Source of the DNA: Xylographa opegraphella | Lineage: Eukaryota | Direction: 5' to 3' | DNA length: 64,000 nucleotides | Assembly (NCBI GenBank): GCA_022813865.1 | Contig: JALDZX010000058.1 | Coordinates: forward strand, 1 to 64,000 | In this document: piece by piece, positions 23,449-36,538 of the stretch | How the letters are laid out: each line of letters starts with the position of its first letter | Numbering within the stretch: the stretch's first letter is position 1 | Notes under the pieces: generated by a model | What the model was told of the DNA's origin: nothing | Databases searched by the model: none | What the model saw: only the letters and a program-made list of their open reading frames with translations | Program-made: the position numbers and the translations under genes

Positions 23449-25320
23449 ATGACTTACGAACATCATCACGCGTGGTTTCTTGTACCGGCATAGGGCCACA
23501 TCACGAGTGCCCATGCTCTCATTTATCGGATGCTGCAACTGAATCCATCGCTTGTTGTCACAGTAGTTTATCATAATATGATTGGTAGGTCCTAATCAAT
23601 GATCACGATATGGGTCTGGCGGATCACTTATTCAGGACGTGCTCTGGATCGTTAGCTGCCAAAGCTGAGGCAATTCTGGCTCAGTATTCTCATGTACCTT
23701 GGAATCGTATACACATTGTTAAAGTCGGGAACAGGGAGTAAGTTGTATCACCAAGGCATGGGCAGGCTACTGGGAAGGAAGGACTGATCGTACTTTCAGT
23801 ATTAATCTAAAACAAGGACCAGCAGCCATGGGCGAAGCCATGCAACAATACTTTGCGGACTGGCTATCGACGCTGGAACATTTGGCTTCTGAGGCTCCGA
23901 CAGCTGGCCGAAACCTACAGCATTGATTCTTGATTAATTCGGCGCCAATATTACACTTCCAGCTGCGAAGAGCATTGTCGGCCCCCGTTGCAAGACGTTC
24001 ATGCATTGGACACCCAGCGCTGCGAGCTTGTATGGACTGCTCGCGCCGTTGACGCTTGGCGGGTTCGCAGATTATGACCAGATCGTGGATAAGTTCTATG
24101 GTGACCCAGATAAGCGCAAGGGCCGCGAGCACATGCAGATTTGGGAAGAGGTTTGAATGTGGGCATTCTCAGAAGGGCTTGAGCCCCTAATGTCTCTTTT
24201 TCTGGGTGTGCAAAGCAAAAAATGGGAGCGACGCACTGAATGGCACGGTCGTCCACGTTCCGGGTATCAAACCTATGTATGATTACGAGCGCGAAGCCAG
24301 TGATGGTCCTACACCATCAGGTAACACAGCGCAAATGTTTCCACTGAGAAGATATAGGATTCATCTAACAACGTCATAGGCCTCGCGGCCATGCTCTGCG
24401 AGATGGTCAAGCTGGCTCAAAATACAGACGGCGTTGTCGTCCCTTCTTCCCACTGTCTCGAAGAGCCTGTCCTGACCGCTTGCTCTCAATTCGTTAAAAT
24501 CTATGCTGTCGGCATCCAGCTCGCTCCGCGTGGGTGGAGCACGGAGACCTATATTCAAGACGACACCATCCGCACATTTCTGGACAATCACCCACGACAC
24601 AGCGTGCTCTTCATCTCCTTCGGGTATCTTCCTCGCTTAATCACCTACTGCCCTCCTAACCCTCTTCAACAGATCAATGTTCTTCCCCACCACCGCCCCC
24701 AGCCACGTCCTCACCCTCATCTCCACGCTCCTATCCCTCTCCTTCCCCTTCGTCTTCGGTGTCAGCGGCCTGCTCGCCGCCGACGCCGTCCCCGCAGAAG
24801 TGATAGAACGCGTCAACGACAGCGGTACGGACCTCATCTGCAACACCTGGGTCGACCAGCAAGCTGTGCTACAGCACCCCGCGCTCGGCTGGTTCCTCTC
24901 GCACGGCGGGTGGAATTCCATCTCCGAGAGCTTGGCGCAGGGCGTGCCCCTGATCGCGTGGCCGCTGAGCCAGTCGGACCAGGCGATCAACGCCGCGATG
25001 CTGGCGACGGGAGAGCGGCCGGTGGCGTTCGAACTCATGCAGGATAGGTGTCCTGGATGTATGGGCGTTCGTGAGGCGAACTGCTGATGCGCGGACCGTA
25101 GATCCGGCAAGGCAGCGCGCGAAGACCCGCGATGCGTGGGGGTCCGCCGATTGTGGGCGACGATGCTAGCGTCGAGGTGGAATTGAGAGATGTCCTCTCG
25201 AAGTTGCGGGGCGAAGAGGGCGTGGCATTGAGACGGAACGCGGAGGCTTTGGCCGTGCAGCTACGGGGCGAGAGGGACGGTAGGGCGGATGAGGTGGTGC
25301 GCCAGGTGGCGCTGATGCAG
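23449..25320 (+). pseudogene. Disabled UDP-glycosyltransferase (GT1 family)
   Basis: N-terminal VPA*GH with TAG at 23491; frameshift near 23890; in-frame TAA at 23935; SVLFISFGS; PSPG-like box WVDQQAVLQHPALGWFLSHGGWNSISESLAQGVPLIAWPLSQSDQ; damaged donor GATAGG at 25043. The 3' end is approximate. Confidence 0.85.
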
Positions 25321-25942
25321 AGCCTGTTTCTGCTCTCGCTCTCAATGTCGAAGCAGGCCGGAGTACGGTCTGAATGGATAGTGTGGAAATGGGAGCGTAA
25401 ATGTGTGTTGACTCACTCGACCTGTTGTACCTCATGTAGTTATTTATCTCTCAGGTTGTGTGATGTTGACTTGAGCACTTCAGTGATGAACCGCAATACC
25501 GATGCCAGAAGACAGCAGTCCCGGGAAGTAGCGTAGGTTCTGAATTCTATACCGATATCCAAGGATACTTTCTTCTCATTTTGCCTTCCCTGCCGCTGGC
25601 AAAGTGACGAGGGCCAAATCAGGTCGCGTATCATAGGCATGGGTATTTCTCTCCTAGTTTTTAAGGAACTCTCAAACACAAGCGGGGGTGATGGTACAGC
25701 ACACAGCCTGAGCTGGCGGATATGGAGGTCTTGGTGCAAGGAAAGAGCCACACAGACGAGAGCAGCAATATCCATTTCTATCCCCGACCTCCGTAACTCC
25801 AATAGCTATGCGTCCGCACCTTGATCCAACACCCCCCCCCCTAAAAGCCGCCAAAAACACCACACAACGCCTCCCTTCCCTACCACCCTCCTGCGCCTAA
25901 ACCCCAAAGCCCAACACCCCATACCCACGCACCCCAACCACC

Positions 25943-26575
25943 CTACTCCTCCAACCCCTCCGCCCACCTCGCCGCGAGCATCATCTCATGCTCCTCGTAC
26001 GCGTCCGCCTCCGCACGCGCCTCGGCCTCCGCCGCCGCCGCCCGCTTGTAGTTCTCCCAGCGCTTACGCTTCGCGCCCGCCGCCACCTGGACGATCTGGC
26101 CGGCGGTGCAGGCGACGGTGATGCCGTTGGTGACGTCGCTGCCGACGGTGCTGCTGGAGTCGAAGATGCCGGCGATGGTGTTGACGTCGCAGGCCACGCC
26201 GAGTAGCTTGCCGGCGTCGCTGCTGGCGATCTTGAGCGTGCCGGACTGGAGCTTCTTGATGAAGGCGAGGGCTTTTTTGAGCGCGCTGCTGCTTGGTGGT
26301 TTGCTGCCGGGGCTGGTGGGGGGGTCTGGGTGGGCATCTGGCTTGCTGGAAGGCTTGGTGTGGTGGTGGAAACTGAACTTGGGGAGAGGGTAGGGGTCGG
26401 CGTCGGCGTCGGCGTCAGCATAGGCGGTCGGGTCGGCGTAGGCGTCGCGCTTGTAAAGGGAGTCAAACTCGTAGGGGGAGCGGGCGAGGAGGCTGTCGTG
26501 GCCGTAGGAGTAAGCGGTGGTGGTGGTGGCCGCGAAGGCGAGGATGGTTAGAGCGATTGCTGGGGTGAAATGCAT
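25943..26575 (-). CDS. Secreted prepropeptide (210 aa) with Kex2 sites and an X-Ala/X-Pro dipeptide spacer
   Basis: Signal MHFTPAIALTILAFAATTTTA; YKR then DA-YA-DP-TA-YA-DA-DA-DA-DP-YP-LP; core with ALKKALAFIKKLQSG and 2 Cys; KRKR then an acidic tail; strong codon bias. Confidence 0.9.
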   Translation of the reverse strand: MHFTPAIALTILAFAATTTTAYSYGHDSLLARSPYEFDSLYKRDAYADPTAYADADADADPYPLPKFSFHHHTKPSSKPDAHPDPPTSPGSKPPSSSALKKALAFIKKLQSGTLKIASSDAGKLLGVACDVNTIAGIFDSSSTVGSDVTNGITVACTAGQIVQVAAGAKRKRWENYKRAAAAEAEARAEADAYEEHEMMLAARWAEGLEE

Positions 26576-28258
26576 GGTTGTGAGTGTTTTTGGTCTAGAA
26601 GAGGTATATGGCGAGTTGAGTATGAGAAGTGATGTGGAAATTGTCTGAGGCGCTATGTAGAGACTTGTGAGATGTATTTACTGGTGATCAAAGGACGTCT
26701 GCGGTCGTTATATAGGCATTCTTGAGGTCTACTCCTAAGACGATTCCCCTGATAGAACGGTCTCGCTGCGGTCGAATACCCGAAGAAGCCGCAACACTGG
26801 CCAGTCGTTAAGATTCTGTGAAGGATCAAACAAGCTCGTGTGTTGGCTCATTTACGCCGGTTTGCTCACGGGGATTCATCTGTAGCTGCGACATTCAACA
26901 AACATCTATGATCAGGAAAGCAGAAAGTGTGACCGAGTCTTCGTCTCATTGGCAACAGTGTCGAGAGGCATCAATTCCAAACTCGAAACAAGCATCATAC
27001 AGTCTCAATCTCTGCACAAACATGGCGTATTGTAGGATGATAATTGAAGTGAAGCCTCATGTCACACATAGAATGTTCTTCGCAGCATTAACGGCATCGA
27101 ACAAGGCAAAGCATCCACCAAACCGGGTTCACCTCCGTGTTGATCACGAATGCTTAGAATACGATTGGCAAATAGGAAAAACGCCATACAACATTAGCAG
27201 CGCAGCAAAAGGCTCAAGCCAGCTGCTGCAGCGGTCGAAAGCCCAGATGTTCTGGATCGATGATAGATACCTGGCCCATTATGCCACAAGTATAGCACCG
27301 CAGAGGCACAAAGTAAGCCAGCAGCCCAGGTGCTCTGCCGCACAGAAGAGTTCGTCGGATGGATTATTGCAACTGCAGCTCATATATCCGCCTGCACGAC
27401 ATAGGTAGAGTACGCTCAAGATGAAACCGATCCGACCTATCACATTGCCGGAGTTGCTCTGCACGTGATCCACTAGTCCTTGCCAACCAACATCACCCGG
27501 CGGCCGCGGCCTGCTCCCTCCTTCATGCCGTCCCAGCTCACTGCCGCCATGTATCGTTGCATCATACCGGTATCCACGCAGGATCCTCGACATCACCGCC
27601 TCCGGAGTAGTGACTCGTCAAACCTAACCGACTTGAGAAGCATCAATTTTCGAATCATGCCGAATGATGTTTTAAATACAGTGTTCTATGGCGAATAATG
27701 CATAATATTACACCACAGCCAACGCTCGAAGGCTGTGAGGTCGAAAACACTGGCGGCGAAGACCTAATATCTCGAGATGCATTGTTAGCTATTTGTCCGT
27801 TAAAAGGATAAGCTGGGCCATGGGTCGGTCTATCCGCAATGACCCAGAGAATGACCTGCGGGTTTCAGCACTCATCAGGCACGTGACCGTTCGTGCTTCT
27901 TCAGTGGCCTTGGTACTGTAAGCTTTGAATTCTTTCGAATATATAATGTTATGAGGCTCCTCTGTATTTGAATGCGGACCTGAGAAGGGGACCATGTAAG
28001 TATTGAAGTCGCTAGAATTCGAGGAACAGCAAGAAAAAGGTATCTAGCAAAGGGTGGGATGTTTCAAGTTGTTAGAAATGAAAGCCGAGACCTTCCTATA
28101 AGTGATCTTTGCTCGTGTCTCTTGCTTGCTCCGATTCAACCTCCATATTGGTGATATCACTCGATTCTTCTCATGGACCGCAACTCTACAACCCCTGATA
28201 CCACCCTCTCCACCCTCCCCCTTCCCCCGCCCATCCCTCACCATACCTTCCAGTCAAC

Positions 28259-28326
28259 AACCCATATATCCCCGCTCGAAACCCATATATCCCCGCTCGA
28301 AACCCATATATCCCCGCTCGAAACCC
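28259..28326. repeat. Minisatellite, 3 perfect copies of 21 bp plus a partial copy
   Basis: AACCCATATATCCCCGCTCGA x3, head to tail, no spacers. Confidence 0.95.
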
Positions 28327-28965
28327 TCCCTCGCCCTCCCATCCATCCTCTACCTCGCATTCCCAGCTCCTGGATACAGCCCACGGGGTAGACCGGACTA
28401 ATAACATGTACGACTCAATACCGCGTCTCGATACCCACGCACCATGGCATTGACGACGCCAGTATCCTAGCAGGCGGTGAGGGGAAGAGGAAGCTTGGGA
28501 CTATGGAATCAAAGACGTTCTACATTTCGGGCAGATTTGATATGAGATTTCAAAGTTAACCAGATAGCGTTGTTACGTTACGTTAATGGGGGAGACTGCA
28601 ATCTTGAGAATATAATCACACGAGCAGCTGCATCGATTGTTGCTGCTGATACAATAAGGTGACCTACAACATGGTGATTCCTGTCCTACAATCATGCTAG
28701 AACGAGCGAAGCTCTTTGGGGTAAGTATGAGACTACATTCCACATCACCCTACCAGCGCGTATGTCAACTACAGTTCAAGGTCACCAGCCATGAGTGAAG
28801 ATAGTAACAGTTGATGGTTCTCATCTACCTTACCCAACTGTACTAAACACGCGTGTTTCCACAAGGAAGCAACACTCGACGAGTCTATCACCACCTTATT
28901 GCAAGCCTTGGCAGACGGGCAGAATAATCTACAGCTCCCTTTCGTACAGTAGAAACGATTGCGTA

Positions 28966-31296
28966 CTATCCTGTCCCTGAATCGACATCACGGATCGTCG
29001 CAGATTCGCAGTCATTCAGGGCCCAGCCAATTTCCAGATTATCCATGTACCAAGTGTACATCATCGGGTTAGTCCCGACACTAGCGATGATCTGAAATCC
29101 GGTCAAGTTTCGGAAATCTTCAGTGAAAGTGACTTTCATCAAGGTGCAATTGGTCAGGCCCACACACGGAGGTTGGTAGGCCGTCTGACGGGCGACCAGC
29201 ACGGTGTTGGCGAACGCCTCGTCGAATCCATAGCCGTTGATGGTGATCTCACAGTCTTCGGGTCCGGCGTTCTCACATCCGATGTATGCCGAGTATGCGT
29301 TGATCCAAAACGCACTATTAAAAAAATTTGGACCGGCGCCGAACTCGCCATCCACATCATCTCCTGGACCTGGAGGACTTGTCAGACTTACAGGATGCAC
29401 ATTAGCACTCATATTCGTGACGAAGACGCCCAACTGCGGTGGAGAGATTGGTGGATAAGGATCCGATGGTGGAGGTGCATAGGCAAACCCAAGAGCCCAA
29501 ACCAAATGATGATAAGGACTGAAGATGGGTGGATAATCCGTATCTCCAGGAGAACCACCGAAGGTGGGAAGATCATCAAACTGTCTAGGTCAGCCATGAC
29601 TCTCGCGTATAGGATATTGACTTACAGTAATAGTAAAATTTCCAATGCCCTGATCTGGAACGTTGCAAGCCGACGAGGATGTGATTGAAGCTGTTGTAGT
29701 TGCCGTTGTCCCCGCTGTTGACGTGATGTTAGGAAATGGGGCAACTGAGATGGACGACAAGGAAGACGCTATTGCTGGTACAGCCGTATAAGTCGGCACT
29801 GAGTACTCTGTGGCTGTGGTTGATAGCGTCCGTCTCGTGTATGTGCTAGGGAAGAGTGGCAAAGTATTGATTGACGAGACAGTGGTAGGCACGATTGAGG
29901 TTGGTTCCGTGGAAGTGGGTTCGACGATAATTGAATCAGTTGCGGAAGTCACTACGACGGAAGATGTTGCCACGGAGGTAGGTATCGTAACCTGGCTGAT
30001 GGGAGGCCAAGAGTAATAATATACAGAAGTTGCCTGCCCTGGAATTGGCTCCGTGACTTGGGTGTTGGAGGACCAAGTAGTCAAGACTGTCTCACTGGAC
30101 ACGGTGAAGGAAGGTTCCGGAGGCCCTATAAGCTACATGTTAAAAGAGCTTTCGTATACAACAATAGAGATGGGATACTGAAAACTCACCTGAGACTGTG
30201 GTTCCTGACAAGGTCGTGTGGCTGGTATCAATCAATTCAGAAGTCGCAGGGTTTCCGTCCCAGAAATTGGTCCATGAGACCACCACACCATCAATAGTGG
30301 CTGTGACCATTGAACCGATCTGACGTTTAATTACTAGCTTGGACTCGCCAAACGAGGCTTGGGCAGATCCATGGTATGGCCCACGCGAATGACGGGCAAA
30401 GTCGCTCGAAGCATCTGTTACACATGGAAGTCTTCCAGTTCCACTTCCATGTTTCACATGGGTAACTCGGGTGAGTGTTGTTGCGTTCCAGCCATGCGTA
30501 CCGATACCGTGAAAGCTACCTGCAGTGGCTGAGACCACCGTAGCCGAAGCAGACTCTGTAAGTGTCTCAGCCAAAATCACGGTGAATATGCTGGTTACTT
30601 GAATGGAATCCGTGCTTGTGACAGGAATTGGGTTCTGTGCTTGCACTATGTTTGACAAAGATGGGCTGGTAGGAACAGGCTCTATGACAATGGTAGCAGT
30701 GGCAATGACAAACGAATCTGTTACTGGTGGCGTAAAGCCACCAAGCCAGGATGTGATACCATTGATGACAAGAAAAGAATACAAACCTGAGGCTGGAGAT
30801 GTCAACGTAGGAGAGCTGGCTGCGGCCACACTGGAAACGACGGTATAGGTTTCCCAAATGACTGTAGTCTCTGTAATATCGCTAGTTGGTGTCGTCAAGA
30901 ATGGCACAGTATGCGACGGCGTAGCCAGGCTGAACGTGTCGGGACCTGGGTTGGACGAGGAGGTAAGCTTGGTGGCAAGATCTGCGGTTTCGGTAACAGT
31001 GGTGGTGGTCGACACAGTGACAATGATTGTTAAAGCAGGAGCACATGTCAAATCATCCCTATAGACAGCAGGACCGTCAGCAGATTCTTCAAGGCATTGT
31101 TGATCTTTGACACACCAGTCCCAGACAGGACAAAGTGTATACGTGCTCGGATAGAATTGGTAGCAAACATCAGTGAAACTTGGTTCCGCTCTTGGAGAAA
31201 GATCAAGATCAGATGGAGAAGAGGAAAGGCCTACCAAGAACTATGACAAAGAGCTACCAGACCCAGAAACGCGCCAACGACCTTCCAAACGTGCAT
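28966..31296 (-). CDS. Secreted/cell-wall Ser/Thr-rich protein with a C-terminal Cys-containing beta domain (DUF7371-like), multi-exon; 5' junction ambiguous
   Basis: Signal-like MHVWKVVGAFLGLVALCHSS; long S/T-rich region; KRQIGSMVTATIDGVVVSWTNFWDG; ITFDDLP...PIFSPYHHLVWALGFAYAPPPSDPYPPISPP...GCENAGPEDC...WYMDNLEIGWALNDC. The DUF name is from memory. Confidence 0.75.
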
Positions 31297-33386
31297 CTTG
31301 AGGTTTGCAGGTGAACGAATGACAGAACGTGTTCTAGATTTCTAGGACGAAGGATCTAGGAAAATCTACTCCAAGAACGAGTGATTGGAGGTAGAGAAGG
31401 TTGAAAGAAGATGAAACGAGTGTGGTGTAGATATGAGGGTTGAAGAGCAGCGAAAGATTGACACTGAATTGTTCGGAAGGTGCGTGTTTTAAGATAGGGC
31501 TCCGGGGAATTGCATCAACACACTCATTTTAGAACGTTAGAAGCTTGTACTGTAGGTACCTAGTGAAGGCATTGCCAAGCTTGCTTCCGAGGGGCATCGG
31601 CCTGCATCTTGTCCAGGCTGTCCTCGTTTGTGTCTCGAGACTGAAGTGAATGTTTATTTCACAAAGTCGTTGCTTGGCACTCCTGCAAGTCATTTAATTG
31701 ATTGTTTCACCGCTTCTCACCACTGCATTCAACGCGTTACGTACAAGGATGTCTCGCGGACCTGCATCTCACCTTGCACGAGATGACCTTCTGCAGTATT
31801 GACAGTTTTTGTCCATCGACCACGTCAATATGCTGCGAGCGCTGCATCAAGAAAACCACTGGGAGGTCTTGTGGACAGAACATGCGATAGCCCTACCTTC
31901 ATGGGTTTTACATGCGCTGGATTTCCGAGTGCGCGAAGAGAACCTTGCCGCATGCAGCACGTTGGTTCGAAATACTTCCTCATCGACCATATTGACACTT
32001 CCTCAGAAACGACCGATCCGGCAATTGGAAACATTGCATAGAGATGCGGCACAACCGAACTAACTTTGAGATTCCTCAGCCGTTCTCAGTGATGGACCGC
32101 TGCTCTGCTCGAATAATTGTCCTCTTATCCACATGTGTGGCTCATATTTGACAGAATGGCAGCTTTATAATTCGCGAGCAATATGCTGTTGGTTGCCAAT
32201 CATTGGCTGGATGTGTCCATCCCGAAATTGGAAGATATTCGGTTGACCAGGTCCCCCAACAATGAATTGAAGCAATCGATGCTCCATTCTCGAGGAGTCT
32301 CCCGTCGATGGCTTGATTAACAGTAGTACGCTGTTCACAAGAACTCATTGATCGACAAGAAGAGCGTGAGAAGCATGCATCTGCAGGAAACATGTCACGT
32401 TCTCTCAGAGCAGATCTCTCAGTGCTGAAATCAGGGACAAGGAAACGGGCGCTATATTTCAGGAAAAGCCAGCTGGGCGTATAGTATAAACAAAGCACAA
32501 GATCTTAACAGTATCAACCATATGTGCCATACCGCTTCCAACGATACTGTTCTCAATGCTTGCCAAGGAGCAAATGTTCACCATTCGACTCTAGGCTAGG
32601 CTCAAAGCATATTAGCGTCCTGCATCTGTTGTCCTTCCAACCTCAACCTCCAATCAGACTCACAAGCTCAACCCTGCAGCTTAATGACTTAGAATAAAAC
32701 CACAACCTCCATCCCTTCGGCCCCCCTCGATCTGGAGTGAAGCAATCGCCCAACCCAATCCACAATACCCTATGAAAGCCACCGAAAGCAGCCTACCACC
32801 GCACCATCTAGGTTCAGAGCCACGAACCACAAAGGCCAGTCCGCAAACAATCAACAGTCACCCCCATGAGAGTCCCTTTCTTCAAAAACTGCAACTGAGC
32901 TTCCACCTCCTCAGCTTCCACCTCCTTCGCCAAAAAGCTCCCGTGATCCATACAGTATGCCGTGCGCGAAACAGCGCCTTGCTCGATGACCTACAGGGCA
33001 GGGAGCCGGATCGCGGTGGAGATTCTAGATCGGATGGAAAACGAGATCAAGGTCACGCTTCCTGAATCACATAGCTAGCGAAAAGACGACTCTCCCGACC
33101 ATGGTGCCCCCCCCCGTCGGCTGGATACGCAACGAGTCCTATTATCCTAATGCACACTCGACCGGGTAATAACTCGCATACTCTCCATGCCCTACTACCC
33201 GTACAGAAGTTTTCCCTCCGAGCCCTCAACCTATAGATTCAAACCTTTGCCCCATTTTCCCAATCCAACCGCGCTTTTCCCCAAGAGAGAGCAAAAAGTA
33301 TTTCGGAAATCCACCCCACCCACCCAGCCTGCCTTATCCCGTACACTAATGGTAACATAAATATAAGAACCCACCGCCCCCAACAC

Positions 33387-36226
33387 TCAAAACCAGCTCA
33401 GCCGACCCCTTCCCCCCACCAACCTCTCCAGCACCCTCTCCGCCTCCGTGACCAGCGCCCCGGTGCCCTCCCCCTTCAGCCTGGTCCTCACGCGCGCCAA
33501 GAGATGCCGCGTTCCCCCTGCGGCACGCGCGCCCTCGACCCCGGACCACGACTGCACGTCCAAGCCGGCGAGATACGCATCCGCCGACAGGTCTCCGTGC
33601 TGCGGCTGCGGCTGTACTGCAAAGCCGTAGGCCCAGCACACCAGCGCGGCGAGGTACAGCGACCACGGCTCGTGCAGGCCGGCGACAGGGTCGTGCGGCG
33701 GACGCGCAAAATGCGCTCGCAGGACGTGCCCGGCGTGCCAGACGGCTTTGCTGGCGTCGGTGCTTTGCACCCAGCTGCGGAGCTTGAGCTTGGCGTCCGT
33801 CCAGACGGCCGGCTCTTCCACCTTGCGCGCGAAGAGCCAGGATTCGGCGGCGACGGTGAGGAGGGCGGGGATAAGGGTATTCGTAGCTAGGAAGAGTGCG
33901 TGTAAGGTCAGGTCGAAGGCTGGGGCGTTGGAGAGGATTGTGGCGGATGGAGCGTGGATGCAAAGGGATTGGAGGATGTTCCGCTGAAACGGAGAGTCCT
34001 CCGACGAATGCGGATGAGATACTAGGGTGAACCACAGCGAAGAATCAGCGCACTCCCACGCCTCTTCGGAGCAGGGAGTCGGGATGTCGGAAGGCTGCAA
34101 CGATGTTTGACAAGGCTGCTGCTGGAAGAAAGTGCTGCGTTGAGTATCGATAACAAAAGCCGTCAAAAGTATTCTTCGACGAGCTTCGAAATCGGCCCAT
34201 GTCCTATGGGCTTCCTGTAGCATGCGAACATTAGAGTTTCTTGGAATCCGCTGCACACAAGCGGCTTGATCTGAATCGAATCGCTCGCGAGCCTGGTTCA
34301 GCTGTGGATGGTTAACGTCGGTTTCTTACGAAAGAAGCAAGCTTCCTTACAGAGGAGTATAAAACTTCGAAATGCTGGGACCGGTAGACACCAGCCCAGC
34401 GGGAGCGATATAAACCCAATATTTCTAGCAACACTATGGCTTGAAGGACATCGATTGGGGCTCCACTATGAATAGTCGATTTGTCAAGCTTGCCTGAAAT
34501 TAGCTCAGTTGTGTTGATCAGTGCGCTGGAAACATACCGTGGCACAAGAACTCCAGGCAAATGAAAACCATGAGCTTGAATGGGATTTTGCATGCGGACG
34601 GCTGGAGAATTGTGCACCGATTGCAAGAAGAATAGTATTGAGAACCGTGCGACTCTCGGTTATAAGAGGGGATGGTCGATGCACTATGGGAAAATGAGGG
34701 TAGAAATTTTCCCAATAGCAATGCCAGTAGTGCGATAATACTCCATCGTCCAAGGTCACCAAGCCGTTCTTGCTTTCGACCATGCCTGCCGAAAAGGCAG
34801 ATTCGGCTCGTACACCAGTTCCTCGACTTCGTTCCATGAAAGTGAAAGCTGATGGCGTAATCGATTCTGCCAAGCTATCAACTTGTTGCTCGTGCGTTAT
34901 GCATGCAGACTGTGAAATACCCACTGAAGTAGGGTACTGGCCCTCAAAGCCGACACCTAGACCACTACTAGACGTAGAGTTTTCTTCGAGACCTGCCCAA
35001 GGTATACAAGTCGGGATCGTGGCACCTGAAGCCGCCATGTGCGAAGTGAAATCCGTAGTGTATGCACCGGGAGAGACCATCGACTTAGCGTAACGAGGAA
35101 GGTAAGGCTGCGCGTTCACTTGCGATGGCGCAGCTTCTGACCCTGGCGAATAACAGCTATCCGATGAGTAGAGCGGAGAATCGTCGGATAACGAAAGACC
35201 AAGTACCAGGTCCGGCGCATAGCTCCGTGGCGCCAGTGCGGTTGGCAATTGGTAAGGCCGATTCCACAGCTGGTCACCGTGAGAAAAGTTGTGTTGCATG
35301 ATTGGCTCGATGATTGATCCAATAGACATCGTCGCAGACGAAAGAGTCGCTGAGCCAGCACTGGCTGCTTGGCGATTTTCACTCATACCAGGCGTCTCAG
35401 GCGAATTAGCCTCGTTGGAACTCGCGGCGGAAGATGTCACGCTGGGTGTCTGACGTGGACGAGTTGTGCCTGAGCTACTTGACTGTTGTATACTGTGCGT
35501 GTGGTACCGGTAAGGAACACGAGCAGAGGAGTAGAGCCTGGATGATCCAGGGGATATCACTTACTGTCGTTCCATGTGCCGACTTAACAGGTCAGCTCGA
35601 TGGAATGGCTTTTTGCAGTTGTTGACTGGACATGTGAATAGCGGTTCCGAAAGGTGATTGGCCTCGTGGCGCCTTTTCCAAATCAGTCTCATCGTCACAC
35701 CTTGGAACGACGAAATGAATCCTGACATACTTGCGATGCTCCGCTCGGGTAAAAATCTAGTCGAGTATTAGCGAGCCGAGTCAGACTTCGAAAGTCGACG
35801 TTTCCATACCTTTCCACAATTCGGATGCTGGCAGGCGTGAACCTTCTTGCCCTTCTTCGCTTTGCTGATGCGGTGCGTGGTAGGTGTGTAGGTTATTTCT
35901 CCTGCAGGATCAACAATGACCGGCAGTTGTACCATGGAGCCATCCCGGGGTACATTGGTATGATATCCCATGGTCGTAGACCTGGAAGCGCTGTGGCGGC
36001 GACGAGCTTTACCCTTACTGGATGTATGACTTGAGGGGTTATTCGTTCGCGTAATTCTTTGCGTGTGACTTGTTCGGGAGGAAGCAGATGGGCCGTCGGC
36101 AGATAATTGGTCAGAAGACGAAGGACTGAGATGGCGGGTCTGCAGAGGAACGTCCAGAGGCAGGGGATTATCTGAATTGGCAGGGCTGTTCTGGGTGGAG
36201 CGCATGCCGGTGGTGTTGTCTTCCAT
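33387..36226 (-). CDS. C2H2 zinc-finger transcription factor with fungal-specific TF domain, multi-exon
   Basis: ITYTPTTHRISKAKKGKKVHACQHPNCGK|IFTRAEHRK|RHEANH...CPVNNCKKPFHRADLLSRHMERQ; YWENFYPHFPIVHRP; WADFEARRRILLTAFVID; AVWHAGHVLR...LHEPWSLYLAALVCWAY. Confidence 0.9.
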
Positions 36227-36507
36227 ACTGAAGGGAGAGGGGATTATATTATATACTGACGATGATGACGGATAAGGTACAGACCGACGGCGTGGGGAGG
36301 CTTGCGTTTATCCCGGTCAGTCGCGTGAGGTCTCAGGAATGGCCAAGCAGTTTCGTCTTCTGTTTGAAAGGGTGTAAATAAAGGTTCTCGAGTCGAGGCG
36401 AGGGGGGTTTTTCCCTCGGAATTTTGATGTGGAAGTCGAAAGACCTCAGAAAGTATGTTAGGCTGCTGAACCAGAGTAACTGAGCGAAAGGAGAGCTCAA
36501 GACGAAA

Positions 36508-36538
36508 GCGAGGTTGATGCGAGGTTGATACGAGGTTG
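36508..36538. repeat. Short tandem repeat, about 3 x 11 bp
   Basis: (G/A)CGAGGTTGAT repeated upstream of the transcription-factor start codon. Confidence 0.8.

Noticed and set aside
23491..23493. RIP as the cause of UGT inactivation (TGG to TAG is TpG to TpA)
   Set aside because: It is a single site, and the rest of the gene is GC-rich and not visibly TpA-enriched.
26818..27408. 196-aa ORF
   Set aside because: Non-ATG start, no recognisable motif and no codon bias; probably spurious.
28259..28326. 21-bp repeats as a CRISPR array or as a coding KPIYPRS repeat
   Set aside because: The copies are contiguous with no spacers, there are no cas genes and the context is eukaryotic. The overlapping ORFs have no credible start or coding signal.
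31749..32063. Protein-like frame MSRGPASHLARDDLLQY*QFLSIDHVNMLRALH...
   Set aside because: Internal stop and no recognisable family; I cannot support it as a gene or pseudogene without a search.
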